Source: a virus
Lineage: Duplodnaviria > Caudoviricetes
Length of the DNA stretch: 32,615 nucleotides
Virus record (IMG/VR): IMGVR_UViG_3300032225_001635
Location: 1-32,615 of that record
Direction: 5' to 3' (one strand)
Notes under the pieces: generated by a model
The model's database searches: none
The model's input: the letters and a program-made list of their open reading frames with translations, nothing else
What the model was told of the DNA's origin: nothing
In this document: positions 10,063 through 17,935 of the stretch, in pieces
Layout: each line of letters starts with the position of its first letter
How positions within the stretch are numbered: the first letter of the stretch is position 1
Position numbers and translations under genes: made by a program

Positions 10063-10839
10063 TTAAATTTTTATATATCCATGATTATAATACTCATTAA
10101 ATAATTGAGTACGTAATTTATCTAGTTTCTTAGTAACTTTAGTAATATGGGGAGTTGAAGTATCTGTCATCTCGCGGATGTAGATATATAATGCTTTTTT
10201 ATTAAATATTTCTAACATTTCACGTTTGCGAAATAATTCCATTATAGCATCTGCTGTTTTAGCATCTTGTATTTTAGGAAATATATGATAAAGATGTTTA
10301 TCTATATATAAAATATATTGATTTAAAAAAGTATCAATATTGCTTTGATCGTTGTTTTCTTTAATATTATCCTGGAGTAATTGTTTGTTTTCGTCTAACT
10401 CCTCCATATCAGCATGTTCTTGGAGTTTCTTATAGTTTTTCTCGTTATAAACAATAAGATAACGTTTAGCGATAGTACCAAAATAAGAGTAAGCTTTACC
10501 TTTATCCTGGTTATATAAGTGAAGTTTTTCAAGTAAGAACGTTACAACTTCATGTTTAAGTTCTTCAATAGTATCTGAATCAGTATAATAAAACTTAAAT
10601 GTATGAATTATATTCTCAGCTAGTTTATAAAAAGCATACTCAATACGTTCATTGTAAATTCTATTTCGTTGAGATTGATCTGTAAGTGAGAGATATTCAA
10701 CGATAGCATTCTCCGTATCTTCAGTAAAGTAGATACGAGGTTCTTTAGGTTTACGTTTGCGAGGTTGGCCACGTTTATTTAATGCAATTGTTTTTTCGCT
10801 ATCTAAAAATATATCTAGCTCGTCGTTTTCATTATACAT
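10063..10839 (-). CDS. Phage sigma factor (T4 gp55-like / sigma70 region 2), probably for late transcription
   Basis: 258 aa; 'FYKLAENII..F..Y.....EELKHEVV.FLLEKLHLYNQDKGKAYSYFGTIAKRYLI' matches the sigma region 2 / gp55 pattern (..FDP.K...FAYFT.I...AF). Confidence 0.75.
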   Translation of the reverse strand: MYNENDELDIFLDSEKTIALNKRGQPRKRKPKEPRIYFTEDTENAIVEYLSLTDQSQRNRIYNERIEYAFYKLAENIIHTFKFYYTDSDTIEELKHEVVTFLLEKLHLYNQDKGKAYSYFGTIAKRYLIVYNEKNYKKLQEHADMEELDENKQLLQDNIKENNDQSNIDTFLNQYILYIDKHLYHIFPKIQDAKTADAIMELFRKREMLEIFNKKALYIYIREMTDTSTPHITKVTKKLDKLRTQLFNEYYNHGYIKI

Positions 10840-10899
10840 TGATATAGTAGTTTTTCATTTATAAAAACAATATATGAACAGAAAACACCGTAACCAAAT

Positions 10900-11166
10900 T
10901 TACTTTAAAGAAGATAAAGCAGATTGAAGTTCTTTCATTTCGTTAAATATAGTTTGGATATCTTCATCTTCACCAACCCATACTCTATTTTCTAATTGCT
11001 TAAAAGACTCATCCATTCTACCAATTAAAAAACTAGCAGCGTTTAATTGATCTTGTTGACTAATAAGTACTTGTTCTAACTTTTTATTTTTTTTGATGAT
11101 TAAGTAAAAAGCAATACCTGCTATCTCAGCAAGGTGAATTCCTAAAACCCATAAAACTGTTTGCAT
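10900..11166 (-). CDS. Membrane-anchored coiled-coil protein
   Basis: 88 aa; N-terminal hydrophobic helix then KKNKK and heptad-like tail. Confidence 0.7.
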   Translation of the reverse strand: MQTVLWVLGIHLAEIAGIAFYLIIKKNKKLEQVLISQQDQLNAASFLIGRMDESFKQLENRVWVGEDEDIQTIFNEMKELQSALSSLK

Positions 11167-11172
11167 AAATTA

Positions 11173-11373
11173 TTATTGTGGTCTAAATTGTTGATCAAAA
11201 TCATCAGCTTCGATAGAAATCATTGATCTAGTGTCTTCAATTGCTTCTTTTAGCATTTCAATTGATTCAAGTACTTGATCTTGTGTTCCACCTCTATTTA
11301 CCTGAACGTTAATACGATTAGCGATAGTATCTATCTGATTCAATCTGTCTAATATGTTGTTTTTGTATCTCAT
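11173..11373 (-). CDS. Hypothetical protein
   Basis: 66 aa ORF; motif GCGTATATTTAT upstream (11389-11400). Confidence 0.7.
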   Translation of the reverse strand: MRYKNNILDRLNQIDTIANRINVQVNRGGTQDQVLESIEMLKEAIEDTRSMISIEADDFDQQFRPQ

Positions 11374-11482
11374 TGTATATGTTTATATATAAATATACGC
11401 GTTTTATGTTTTTGCATTTTCATCTCAAACATTTTTTAACTGCGTAGTTTGAAGCTAGCGAAAATTTCTTGGGAAGCCAAAT

Positions 11483-11743
11483 TTACTTTGAAAGTTCTTC
11501 ACGAATCATTCGCCGTAATATTTCTTTTAATACAGTAATATCCATATCAGCATGACCATTAAATAAATCTTTTATCTTATCAGCTGTAATATTGTCTATG
11601 TTATTAAGAATAAAATACGATTTATTATTACCGTCTTTTTTAATATCCTCAATATTCTCAGTATTAATAAGTATATCATACTTACCTAAATGATTTAAGA
11701 ATGCTGCCTTATCTTGGCGTGTATATATTTTAAGTGATGCCAT
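11483..11743 (-). CDS. Hypothetical protein with C-terminal 'LKEILRRMIREEL' helix
   Basis: 86 aa ORF starting 16 nt after the stop of the leader-bearing gene. Confidence 0.7.
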   Translation of the reverse strand: MASLKIYTRQDKAAFLNHLGKYDILINTENIEDIKKDGNNKSYFILNNIDNITADKIKDLFNGHADMDITVLKEILRRMIREELSK

Positions 11744-11759
11744 ATTTATTTATTTTAAA

Positions 11760-12551
11760 TTATCCGTAATGTTGTGTCCACCAAGCTACCATTTCTTGAT
11801 CAAAAGGAATAGATCTTCTTATTTCAATAACTTGACCGTAATCATTATTAAATACATTACCTACATCATAATTACCATTAGGAATTTGAAGTCTAACCAC
11901 TAATTCTTCAGTCCAATTAAGATCAGGTCTATCTTCAAATGGATATTTTTTAATTATCCATCTATTTGTATAATAATCACCCCATGGCCTATGTTCAACT
12001 TTAGAAGAATCTTTAACTAAGTCTAATAATTCATCTTCATCCCCAGTACTACCTAATTCTAAAAAAATATGTTCAACATACTCTCCAGCTTCAACTAAAT
12101 CTTCTGAATCTGAATCAGCATTATAATAAGAGTCAAAATCAGATTCAGTATATGGAATATGATCTAAAATAAAATTCTTTATAATATTTTCAATACCAGG
12201 ATCAGTTACTTTCATTTCAGCTATGGTATCTATTACTTTTATTTGAACACCCATCTCACCTGGAGAGTTCCATATACCGTTACTTACTAATTGATTTAAT
12301 GCATTTTTTCCGATACCCCATCTATTTCCACCACCTCTACTATCTCTAGTATCAATTGTACCTTCTTCAAAATCAATAAGTGTTATTTTTCCTATATATT
12401 GCGGAGCACCATTTTCCCAATCTATTTGAATTGTTTTATCTAATAAATCAGCATAACTATCTCTTTCATATGTAGGATCCGCTACTTTCATTTCACTAAT
12501 AATGCCAGCCAGTTTCTGCCAGCGTTTATGTTCATTAATGTATTGTTTCAT
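11760..12551 (-). CDS. Acidic protein with KRxQxLAGI leader and an internal repeat of the E-MKVxDP motif (263 aa); candidate internal head protein
   Basis: Start reassigned from 12704 to ATG 12551 (MKQYINEHKRWQKLAGIISEMKVADP): this removes a 134-nt overlap with the T5orf172 gene and places ATATTTATTGAT directly before the ATG. Confidence 0.75.
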   Translation of the reverse strand: MKQYINEHKRWQKLAGIISEMKVADPTYERDSYADLLDKTIQIDWENGAPQYIGKITLIDFEEGTIDTRDSRGGGNRWGIGKNALNQLVSNGIWNSPGEMGVQIKVIDTIAEMKVTDPGIENIIKNFILDHIPYTESDFDSYYNADSDSEDLVEAGEYVEHIFLELGSTGDEDELLDLVKDSSKVEHRPWGDYYTNRWIIKKYPFEDRPDLNWTEELVVRLQIPNGNYDVGNVFNNDYGQVIEIRRSIPFDQEMVAWWTQHYG

Positions 12552-12570
12552 ATCAATAAATATTATATAC

Positions 12571-13047
12571 CTATAGCCCATTATGATCCCACATCGCAGT
12601 AGAATACTTATATCCGAGCTCCTCAATAACTTTTTGCGCAGTATGTGAATCAATAGCAAACATTTCACGATGTGTATTAACGCGACAATGATGAAAATAT
12701 TCATGCACCTCCGCCTCTAATAAATCAGAACGATAACACGAAAACGAATACACAGGAATCCATGGAGTCGCTACGCCTGTTGCCGCCGATATTTGCCTAG
12801 CGCGTTCGTCCGGCGTATTAGTAGTCATACCAATTTTAACCATATTAGGCATACTTTTATTAACTAATACGTACACGTATTTAGACGCGCGAACTGCGCC
12901 AGAAGGATCTAAAACAGCATTAGCTAAGTAATGCACTTCTTCCCAACCATCATCTACGGGTATTAATGTAAATGCATCTGCCTTATGATGCTGGTTTGGC
13001 TTTAACTTAATGTAATAATGTGATTCATCAACTGATACACGTTTCAT
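12571..13047 (-). CDS. T5orf172/MUG113 (GIY-YIG superfamily) domain protein
   Basis: 'YVYVLVN..MPNMVKIGMT...P.ERARQIS.ATGV.TP.......LE.EVH.......RVN..REMF' is the T5orf172 signature. Confidence 0.85.
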   Translation of the reverse strand: MKRVSVDESHYYIKLKPNQHHKADAFTLIPVDDGWEEVHYLANAVLDPSGAVRASKYVYVLVNKSMPNMVKIGMTTNTPDERARQISAATGVATPWIPVYSFSCYRSDLLEAEVHEYFHHCRVNTHREMFAIDSHTAQKVIEELGYKYSTAMWDHNGL

Positions 13048-13080
13048 AAGATAGTTTGTTTAAGCGTTTATTAATGCGTT

Positions 13081-13278
13081 TTACGCGATATTAGAACCGC
13101 TATTACTATTATGCTGGGTAATATTATTATGCGTAATAGGGCTAATGACTTGCTGCGTAGCAACAGCGGCATCCCACTGCTCTATGGTCATACCATATTC
13201 GCGTGCTTTTTCTTCACGCAAACGCGTTGCATATGCATCGAATGCTTCCTTAGTCAACAATAAATCCAGGGGCTTCAT
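13081..13278 (-). CDS. Hypothetical protein
   Basis: 65 aa ORF. Confidence 0.6.
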   Translation of the reverse strand: MKPLDLLLTKEAFDAYATRLREEKAREYGMTIEQWDAAVATQQVISPITHNNITQHNSNSGSNIA

Positions 13279-13456
13279 AATCGTCGTTTTTAAAATATTT
13301 TTTAATATATTGTTTATCGGATTGTACTTGCCACGCCCAATACATACACCTACGTATTAATGATTGTTTTTTAGGGTTACGGCGAATCATAATAATACGA
13401 TGTATTTTTGGGTTTTCTTCTACTGGTTCAAAGTAGTAACGTTTGTGTCGTTTCAT
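13250..13456 (-). CDS. Hypothetical basic protein
   Basis: 68 aa ORF; starts 3 nt after the upstream stop; 29-nt overlap with the next gene. Confidence 0.5.
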   Translation of the reverse strand: MKRHKRYYFEPVEENPKIHRIIMIRRNPKKQSLIRRCMYWAWQVQSDKQYIKKYFKNDDYEAPGFIVD

Positions 13457-13459
13457 AAT

Positions 13460-13573
13460 TTAATTGTTTATAATGTATAAAAGAATAAGTCCAATTAATC
13501 CAATTGTTCCTAGGATAATCATCATAATACAGCCTTCTTTTCTTTCTTGTTTATTTAGTGGTAAATCTCTCAT
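13460..13573 (-). CDS. 37-aa single-TM microprotein (paralog 1)
   Basis: Not in track. MRDLPLNKQERKEGCIMMIILGTIGLIGLILLYIINN*; ATGA overlap with the upstream gene; near-identical copy at 31898-32011. Confidence 0.8.
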   Translation of the reverse strand: MRDLPLNKQERKEGCIMMIILGTIGLIGLILLYIINN

Positions 13574-13824
13574 AATTTTTCTATTTCTTGTTTTACTTGA
13601 TTCCAATAAGTTAAATACATCGGATTTGGAGTGTAATAATTAATACCTTTTGAAAGCAAAGTATCATCAAAATTTTTATCATAATTTCTACTATTTATTA
13701 TTTCATCAACTAAAATCAATGCACATTCTTTAATTGTTTGGTTATAGTAACCGCGCATATCAGCATTTTGCATTGCACTTTCAAATTGATATCGTAATTT
13801 GTTTGCTTTTTCTTTTGGTGTCAT
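13570..13824 (-). CDS. Hypothetical protein, 'MTPKEKA...CAL..VDEI...YW.xVK.EI' family
   Basis: 84 aa; paralogous to the adjacent gene. Confidence 0.8.
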   Translation of the reverse strand: MTPKEKANKLRYQFESAMQNADMRGYYNQTIKECALILVDEIINSRNYDKNFDDTLLSKGINYYTPNPMYLTYWNQVKQEIEKL

Positions 13825-14051
13825 TAATCTATGTTTTCTATTTCTTTTTTTACTTCATTCCAATAATCCCACATCTGCATCAAATCATTATTATATAGAG
13901 TGTCTGTCATTTCATCCACTGCCATCATAGCACACCTTTTTCCTTCCTCCCATCTTTGGTGTACGTTATTAACTCCTGTCTGACTACCATTATTTGGTAG
14001 TGCTAAGTAGAATCTGGTTACTAGTTGGTGTGCTTTATCTTTTGGTATCAT
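13824..14051 (-). CDS. Hypothetical protein, paralog of 13570-13824 (75 aa)
   Basis: Start reassigned to ATG 14051 (MIPKDKAHQL...KRCAMMAVDEM...YWNEVKKEIE), which aligns with the paralog; promoter-like TTGGCGTAGCAAAATTATATACTTATATTC at 14071-14100. Confidence 0.8.
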   Translation of the reverse strand: MIPKDKAHQLVTRFYLALPNNGSQTGVNNVHQRWEEGKRCAMMAVDEMTDTLYNNDLMQMWDYWNEVKKEIENID

Positions 14052-14149
14052 ATTGTTAGTTTTATGTAATGAATATAAGTATATAATTTTGCTACGCCAA
14101 AAAAATCTGTTAAAAGTTAGAGTTGCTATTTTGCAAACGTGTCCCAAAA

Positions 14150-14380
14150 GGGTTATTTCGGAAATTTAGATTCGATTATGGGGTATATGCGTATATACTG
14201 TCGATGCGTAGAGGATGTTTGCGTGTTGAGAATACGTCGAACTTTTTTTACGAAAATAGTGGGGCGTCGATGGACCGCAATTACGGCGGGGTCAAGCCGC
14301 ATATAAAACGCTATCGATCCGCTATCGGATCGATCTTTTCGAAATTTCTTCTCTTCGTAATATTTTTTTTACAAGAATGC
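14150..14380. other. Non-coding, relatively GC-rich island with palindromes and clustered TCGA sites; function unknown
   Basis: Perfect IR ATCGATCCG-ctat-CGGATCGAT (14313-14334), GTATAT-gcgt-ATATAC (14183-14198), seven TCGA in 14172-14342. Confidence 0.5.
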
Positions 14381-14409
14381 AAAAGCACGCTTTCGCGTGC
14401 TCTTTTTTT
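14381..14409. terminator. Intrinsic terminator, probably bidirectional
   Basis: AGCACGC-TTTC-GCGTGCT (14384-14401) with an A-tract to the left and a T-tract to the right; GAAA loop on the minus strand. Confidence 0.8.
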
Positions 14410-14438
14410 ACAACCTGCAATCTCGAATGCTTTATCCA

Positions 14439-14651
14439 CTACACTGCATTTTGAGCATTGTACTTTGATAAACACTCAGGACAACCAATCGTTTTAACCT
14501 CTTCGATACGGGCCCAGTTATTACTGAGCATTGGTACGTCACATAATGTTCGTCCGTCAAATCCTGACTTGGCGATGTGACATTGATTACTCCATACGTT
14601 ACCTTTGTTTCCGAAGATGTGATACCCTGATTTTAATTCGTTTACGTTCAT
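14439..14651 (-). CDS. Small putative Zn-binding protein
   Basis: 70 aa; H..C...CPEC ligands; own promoter motif at 14683-14710. Confidence 0.7.
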   Translation of the reverse strand: MNVNELKSGYHIFGNKGNVWSNQCHIAKSGFDGRTLCDVPMLSNNWARIEEVKTIGCPECLSKYNAQNAV

Positions 14652-14723
14652 AACTTTTTTATTTTTAATTTTTATTAATGACTAAATATACTAAAACAAT
14701 CCTGACCACCAATAAATAATTTT

Positions 14724-14876
14724 TTATCTGATACGGCCGGGACCAAATCCATGTTGTGCATTGATCGGACAACCAACTCGTCCTGTTGTACAACTTGATG
14801 TTGTGAAAATAAGTGTCATAAACGCCATCATGTAGATAATAAACCACACCAATGTAATTTTTTGAAATCGTGTCAT
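14724..14876 (-). CDS. 50-aa putative lipoprotein / membrane microprotein
   Basis: Not in track. MTRFQKITLVWFIIYMMAFMTLIFTTSSCTTGRVGCPINAQHGFGPGRIR*; hydrophobic stretch ending in TSS-C; promoter motif at 14898. Confidence 0.7.
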   Translation of the reverse strand: MTRFQKITLVWFIIYMMAFMTLIFTTSSCTTGRVGCPINAQHGFGPGRIR

Positions 14877-14927
14877 AATTTTAATTTTTTATTTAACTAA
14901 ATATACAATCAATGTTTTGACCAGTCA

Positions 14928-15110
14928 TTATTCCTTATCTACAATATCACGTCTGTACACCATTTCAGCACCTACATAACCTACAGATAATAAAACAGCG
15001 AAGAACGTAATTGTTATATCTGCATCTGTTTCTAACCTATACGACGAGGCGAAACTGATAATGATAAACATGATAATCGATAATCGGAATAGTAATAATT
15101 TTTTGTTCAT
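14928..15110 (-). CDS. Small two-TM membrane protein
   Basis: 60 aa with two hydrophobic segments; promoter motif at 15141. Confidence 0.7.
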   Translation of the reverse strand: MNKKLLLFRLSIIMFIIISFASSYRLETDADITITFFAVLLSVGYVGAEMVYRRDIVDKE

Positions 15111-15165
15111 AACTTTAATTTTTTAATTTTTATCAATGACTAAATATAGTGATTAATCTTGACCA

Positions 15166-15197
15166 AAGGAAAAGGACCAATGTAAAAACATCAGTCC
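15166..15197 (-). terminator. Intrinsic terminator
   Basis: Minus strand GGACUGAUG-UUUUUA-CAUUGGUCC then UUUU; the stem needs G-U pairs that form only on the minus strand. Confidence 0.6.
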
Positions 15198-15224
15198 GTA
15201 ATTAAAAATCAAAAGTATGAATCG

Positions 15225-15404
15225 TTAAAAACTTGTTTGATAAAATGATCCCCTATGTCCGTATCGTGATCCAAACTTGAATTCCTCTCTCCACTGTTGT
15301 TCATTCATTGTTTGGGTGGGGTAAATTGTTTTAATTTTAGGTGGTTGTATTAACTCACCTTGTGCTCGTTGTCCGAAGAAAAAAGTTTTAATCTGTTTAA
15401 ACAT
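15225..15404 (-). CDS. Hypothetical protein (59 aa)
   Basis: Start reassigned to MFKQIK (15404) to avoid overlap with the 15416-15568 gene. Confidence 0.6.
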   Translation of the reverse strand: MFKQIKTFFFGQRAQGELIQPPKIKTIYPTQTMNEQQWREEFKFGSRYGHRGSFYQTSF

Positions 15405-15415
15405 AAAAAATAAAT

Positions 15416-15568
15416 TTAAAATGAAATAAAATCGATTAATAATCCACATTTAACCCCATTGAATAAAACATCATAATTGGGGTCCATACCTGATTGAATA
15501 CAATCATTGATTAATTCATCTAAGTGGCTAAATTCCTTTGTGTAATAAGAACAATCTAATTTGTACAT
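15416..15568 (-). CDS. Hypothetical 50-aa protein
   Basis: Not in track. MYKLDCSYYTKEFSHLDELINDCIQSGMDPNYDVLFNGVKCGLLIDFISF*; promoter motif at 15590. Confidence 0.7.
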   Translation of the reverse strand: MYKLDCSYYTKEFSHLDELINDCIQSGMDPNYDVLFNGVKCGLLIDFISF

Positions 15569-15623
15569 AATGATTAATTTTTGTTTCGCTAAATATAAAT
15601 CACCATTTTGCCCTAACCGCTCC

Positions 15624-15911
15624 CTATTGGGGTGCGGTTTCGGTTGCGGCTTCTTTAGCTGTCTTATTAATCTGGTTCATTCCCATTCCTTCATACTTCA
15701 GTAAAGAATTACAGATATAAGTTTGGAAACGAACTAACGATTGGGTGTTATTGACCTCCCGTAAAATGTTTATTTTGTCTTGTTCGTTTATGTCTTTACT
15801 GTTGACAAAACTAATAACAAAACGTTTCGCTTCGCCTAAATTGGTCATCAAAAAAACCTGAGCGGCGATTTGCTCAAAAATAGATTTAATTTGTACTTTT
15901 GCTTTTTTCAT
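15624..15911 (-). CDS. Hypothetical protein
   Basis: 95 aa; promoter motif at 15932. Confidence 0.75.
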   Translation of the reverse strand: MKKAKVQIKSIFEQIAAQVFLMTNLGEAKRFVISFVNSKDINEQDKINILREVNNTQSLVRFQTYICNSLLKYEGMGMNQINKTAKEAATETAPQ

Positions 15912-15962
15912 AACTTTTAATTTTATTTAACTAAATATACTAAAAAACTTCGCCTAAGAAAA

Positions 15963-16151
15963 TTAAATTTCTATTGATTCAAGTATTTCTGTGGAAACAA
16001 ATTTACCACCATTTGCTACAATGCCATCGTAAATAGCTTTTGCTTTGTCCTGATCAAAATCTAAGCTATTAGTAATAAACTTACCATCAACCTGAGTAAA
16101 ATAAGTTGTTAAACGATTTGCGTTTACTTCTTTAACGAATTCAATTTTCAT
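15963..16151 (-). CDS. Hypothetical protein
   Basis: 62 aa; promoter motif at 16174. Confidence 0.75.
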   Translation of the reverse strand: MKIEFVKEVNANRLTTYFTQVDGKFITNSLDFDQDKAKAIYDGIVANGGKFVSTEILESIEI

Positions 16152-16219
16152 AATTTTTTAATTTTTGTTTAACTAAATATACTGAAAAATTTTTGCCCAC
16201 CTAATATCTCGTTTGTAAT

Positions 16220-16247
16220 AAAAAGAATGGGGCCCTTTGCGGCCCCA
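16220..16247 (-). terminator. Intrinsic terminator
   Basis: TGGGGCC-N6-GGCCCCA (16228-16247), followed by TTCTTTTT on the minus strand. Confidence 0.75.
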
Positions 16248-16265
16248 AACTTACCTAATCATAAC

Positions 16266-16625
16266 TTAAGCTACTACTGCTTCTGTTACAACTGTTTCTT
16301 CTACTTTAACCACTTTTGGTCTACCTGGCTTAATAACTACACCCGCAGCCTTTAATGCTTCTTTAGCCGCCAATCTCATTTGTCTAGCACTAGTACCATT
16401 TGTTGGTCTACCTTTTCTAACTACACCCCCATTAGCCTCTACCCTACTTGCTTTGGCGGCTAAATCTAATTGGCGATTTGAACCTTCTACGATCGGGCGA
16501 CCACGACGTTTTTCTGTTACTACTACTGTTTCAATTGCATTTACAGTTTCGACCGCTTCAATTGTTTCAATTGTTTCTGCGTTTTCGATTGTTACTGTTA
16601 CTTCTTTGTTTTTTGTTTTTTTCAT
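16266..16625 (-). CDS. AT-hook-like DNA-binding protein
   Basis: 119 aa; RRGRP, RKGRP, KPGRP motifs; ET(I/V) repeats; own promoter and terminator. Confidence 0.7.
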   Translation of the reverse strand: MKKTKNKEVTVTIENAETIETIEAVETVNAIETVVVTEKRRGRPIVEGSNRQLDLAAKASRVEANGGVVRKGRPTNGTSARQMRLAAKEALKAAGVVIKPGRPKVVKVEETVVTEAVVA

Positions 16626-16699
16626 AACCTTTTTTTTTTGTTTTTAATTTTTATTAATACTTAAATATACGCTTTTATTTTTGACGTCCAATCCCTATT

Positions 16700-16951
16700 T
16701 TACTTTTGTCTTCCATCAATTATTTCTTGAGCCCAATCGCCTGTAAAATTAATTAAATCATATTTCTTATCATCATCAATTCTATTAAATAATTTGCCAT
16801 GCCATAATAATAAACCACCATTGTTAAAATGAATATCAAATATCGGAATATTCATTAATGGATAATTAACTGCCCACACAGTGAAGATCATTGTGTCTCT
16901 GACATCTCCTGTTTCATAAACGGTAATGTCGAATTCGTTTAATTTTTTCAT
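16700..16951 (-). CDS. Hypothetical protein
   Basis: 83 aa; promoter motif at 16979. Confidence 0.7.
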   Translation of the reverse strand: MKKLNEFDITVYETGDVRDTMIFTVWAVNYPLMNIPIFDIHFNNGGLLLWHGKLFNRIDDDKKYDLINFTGDWAQEIIDGRQK

Positions 16952-17029
16952 ACTTTTTAATTTAATAATTTAATGACGTAAATATAATATAGCAGTTTCG
17001 CCGCCAAACGATTTGTCCATTCTTATTTA

Positions 17030-17410
17030 TTTACTTGGTGGTCGAGATTTTATTCGTAAATTTAATTGTCACATGACGGGCGGGTGCGAGTAACACCTGG
17101 AGGGATCAGAGGTAGGCTACACCTCATTCTTTAACACTTTTAAGAAACTAACCATTGTGATGAAGATATGATCTTTTTTTGACCACGCCAAACAAGCAGT
17201 AAGGTAGCCTCTACATATGTAGCGGCGTTGCGATATATTCTTCTATGTCTATTTCAGTTTTGGACTATTAACCACATGTGATGTAGTTGGTATGCTGAAC
17301 CATTTATCGTCCTGGATTTATTTTGGGAATGAACCACCCTTTATAATTGTGAAACGTTCACATCACTATTCGAGTTACGACCTGTGGCGCCGGTGTGCTG
17401 TTACTTATTT
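17030..17410. ncRNA. Candidate structured non-coding RNA locus
   Basis: About 400 nt with no credible ORF, higher GC, several hairpins and three promoter-like motifs (minus 17418-17446, minus 17161-17192, plus 17036-17064). Confidence 0.4.
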
Positions 17411-17432
17411 TACGTTAATAAATATACGTAAA

Positions 17433-17639
17433 TTATTTAGACCACCAATCCTTTACTTTCTTCTTTGTATAGTTAGCGCCTAACACTACTAACACTATGA
17501 TGAAGAACCATTTAATTCCATCCCATACCTTTTGGTTCCATGGTGATGCGTTCCGGCTCTTATATAACACCCATATTACACCCCAAAATACAATATTGAA
17601 TATTAAATCTTCTGTTAAAATCTGTTGTGAAATTGTCAT
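17433..17639 (-). CDS. Small two-TM membrane protein
   Basis: 68 aa, Trp-rich, two hydrophobic segments; promoter motif at 17658. Confidence 0.75.
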   Translation of the reverse strand: MTISQQILTEDLIFNIVFWGVIWVLYKSRNASPWNQKVWDGIKWFFIIVLVVLGANYTKKKVKDWWSK

Positions 17640-17717
17640 AGCGCGTTAATTATTAACTAAATATAATAAAAAATTTTGCCAAAAAAAAAATAGTATATAC
17701 CTTTTTGGAGCAAAAAA

Positions 17718-17811
17718 TGGACATGGGTGTGCATGGCTTTTTCCCGAGTCGCAACACATCATTCACCATACTGTCCCTTTATTCCACATACCATAACACA
17801 CCCAATGTCCA
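17718..17811. repeat. Imperfect inverted repeat in a non-coding region
   Basis: TGGACATGGGTGTGCATGG (17718-17736) versus CCATAACACACCCAATGTCCA (17791-17811). Confidence 0.7.
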
Positions 17812-17935
17812 ATAAAAAAAACAATATATCATCATTCACACTACACATTTGTTTTCCACCCTTGCCACTAAAAATAATTTACTACCTTGCGCAAAAAAAC
17901 ACGCGTAAAAACGCCATAAAACCGCTAAAATTTAA

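Noticed and set aside
12571-13047. T5orf172 gene as an intron-encoded homing endonuclease
   Set aside because: Free-standing, interrupts no gene, and no intron core is visible.
14123-14497. 124-codon plus-strand ORF across the palindromic island
   Set aside because: TTG start, crosses a terminator hairpin and overlaps a minus-strand gene; probably a by-product of higher GC, though not fully excluded.
14665-14847. Track 60-aa minus ORF
   Set aside because: The other frame (14724-14876) has an ATG at the usual distance from the promoter motif and a lipoprotein-like sequence; this ORF runs through the next promoter.
16700-16951. MKKLNE start identical to the leader-bearing protein at 25625
   Set aside because: Lacks the KRxQxLAGI core; MKK starts are common here.
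17030-17930. tRNA or tmRNA genes in the non-coding islands
   Set aside because: No cloverleaf with a GTTCRA T-loop and CCA end found by eye on either strand; tRNAscan-SE or ARAGORN would settle it.
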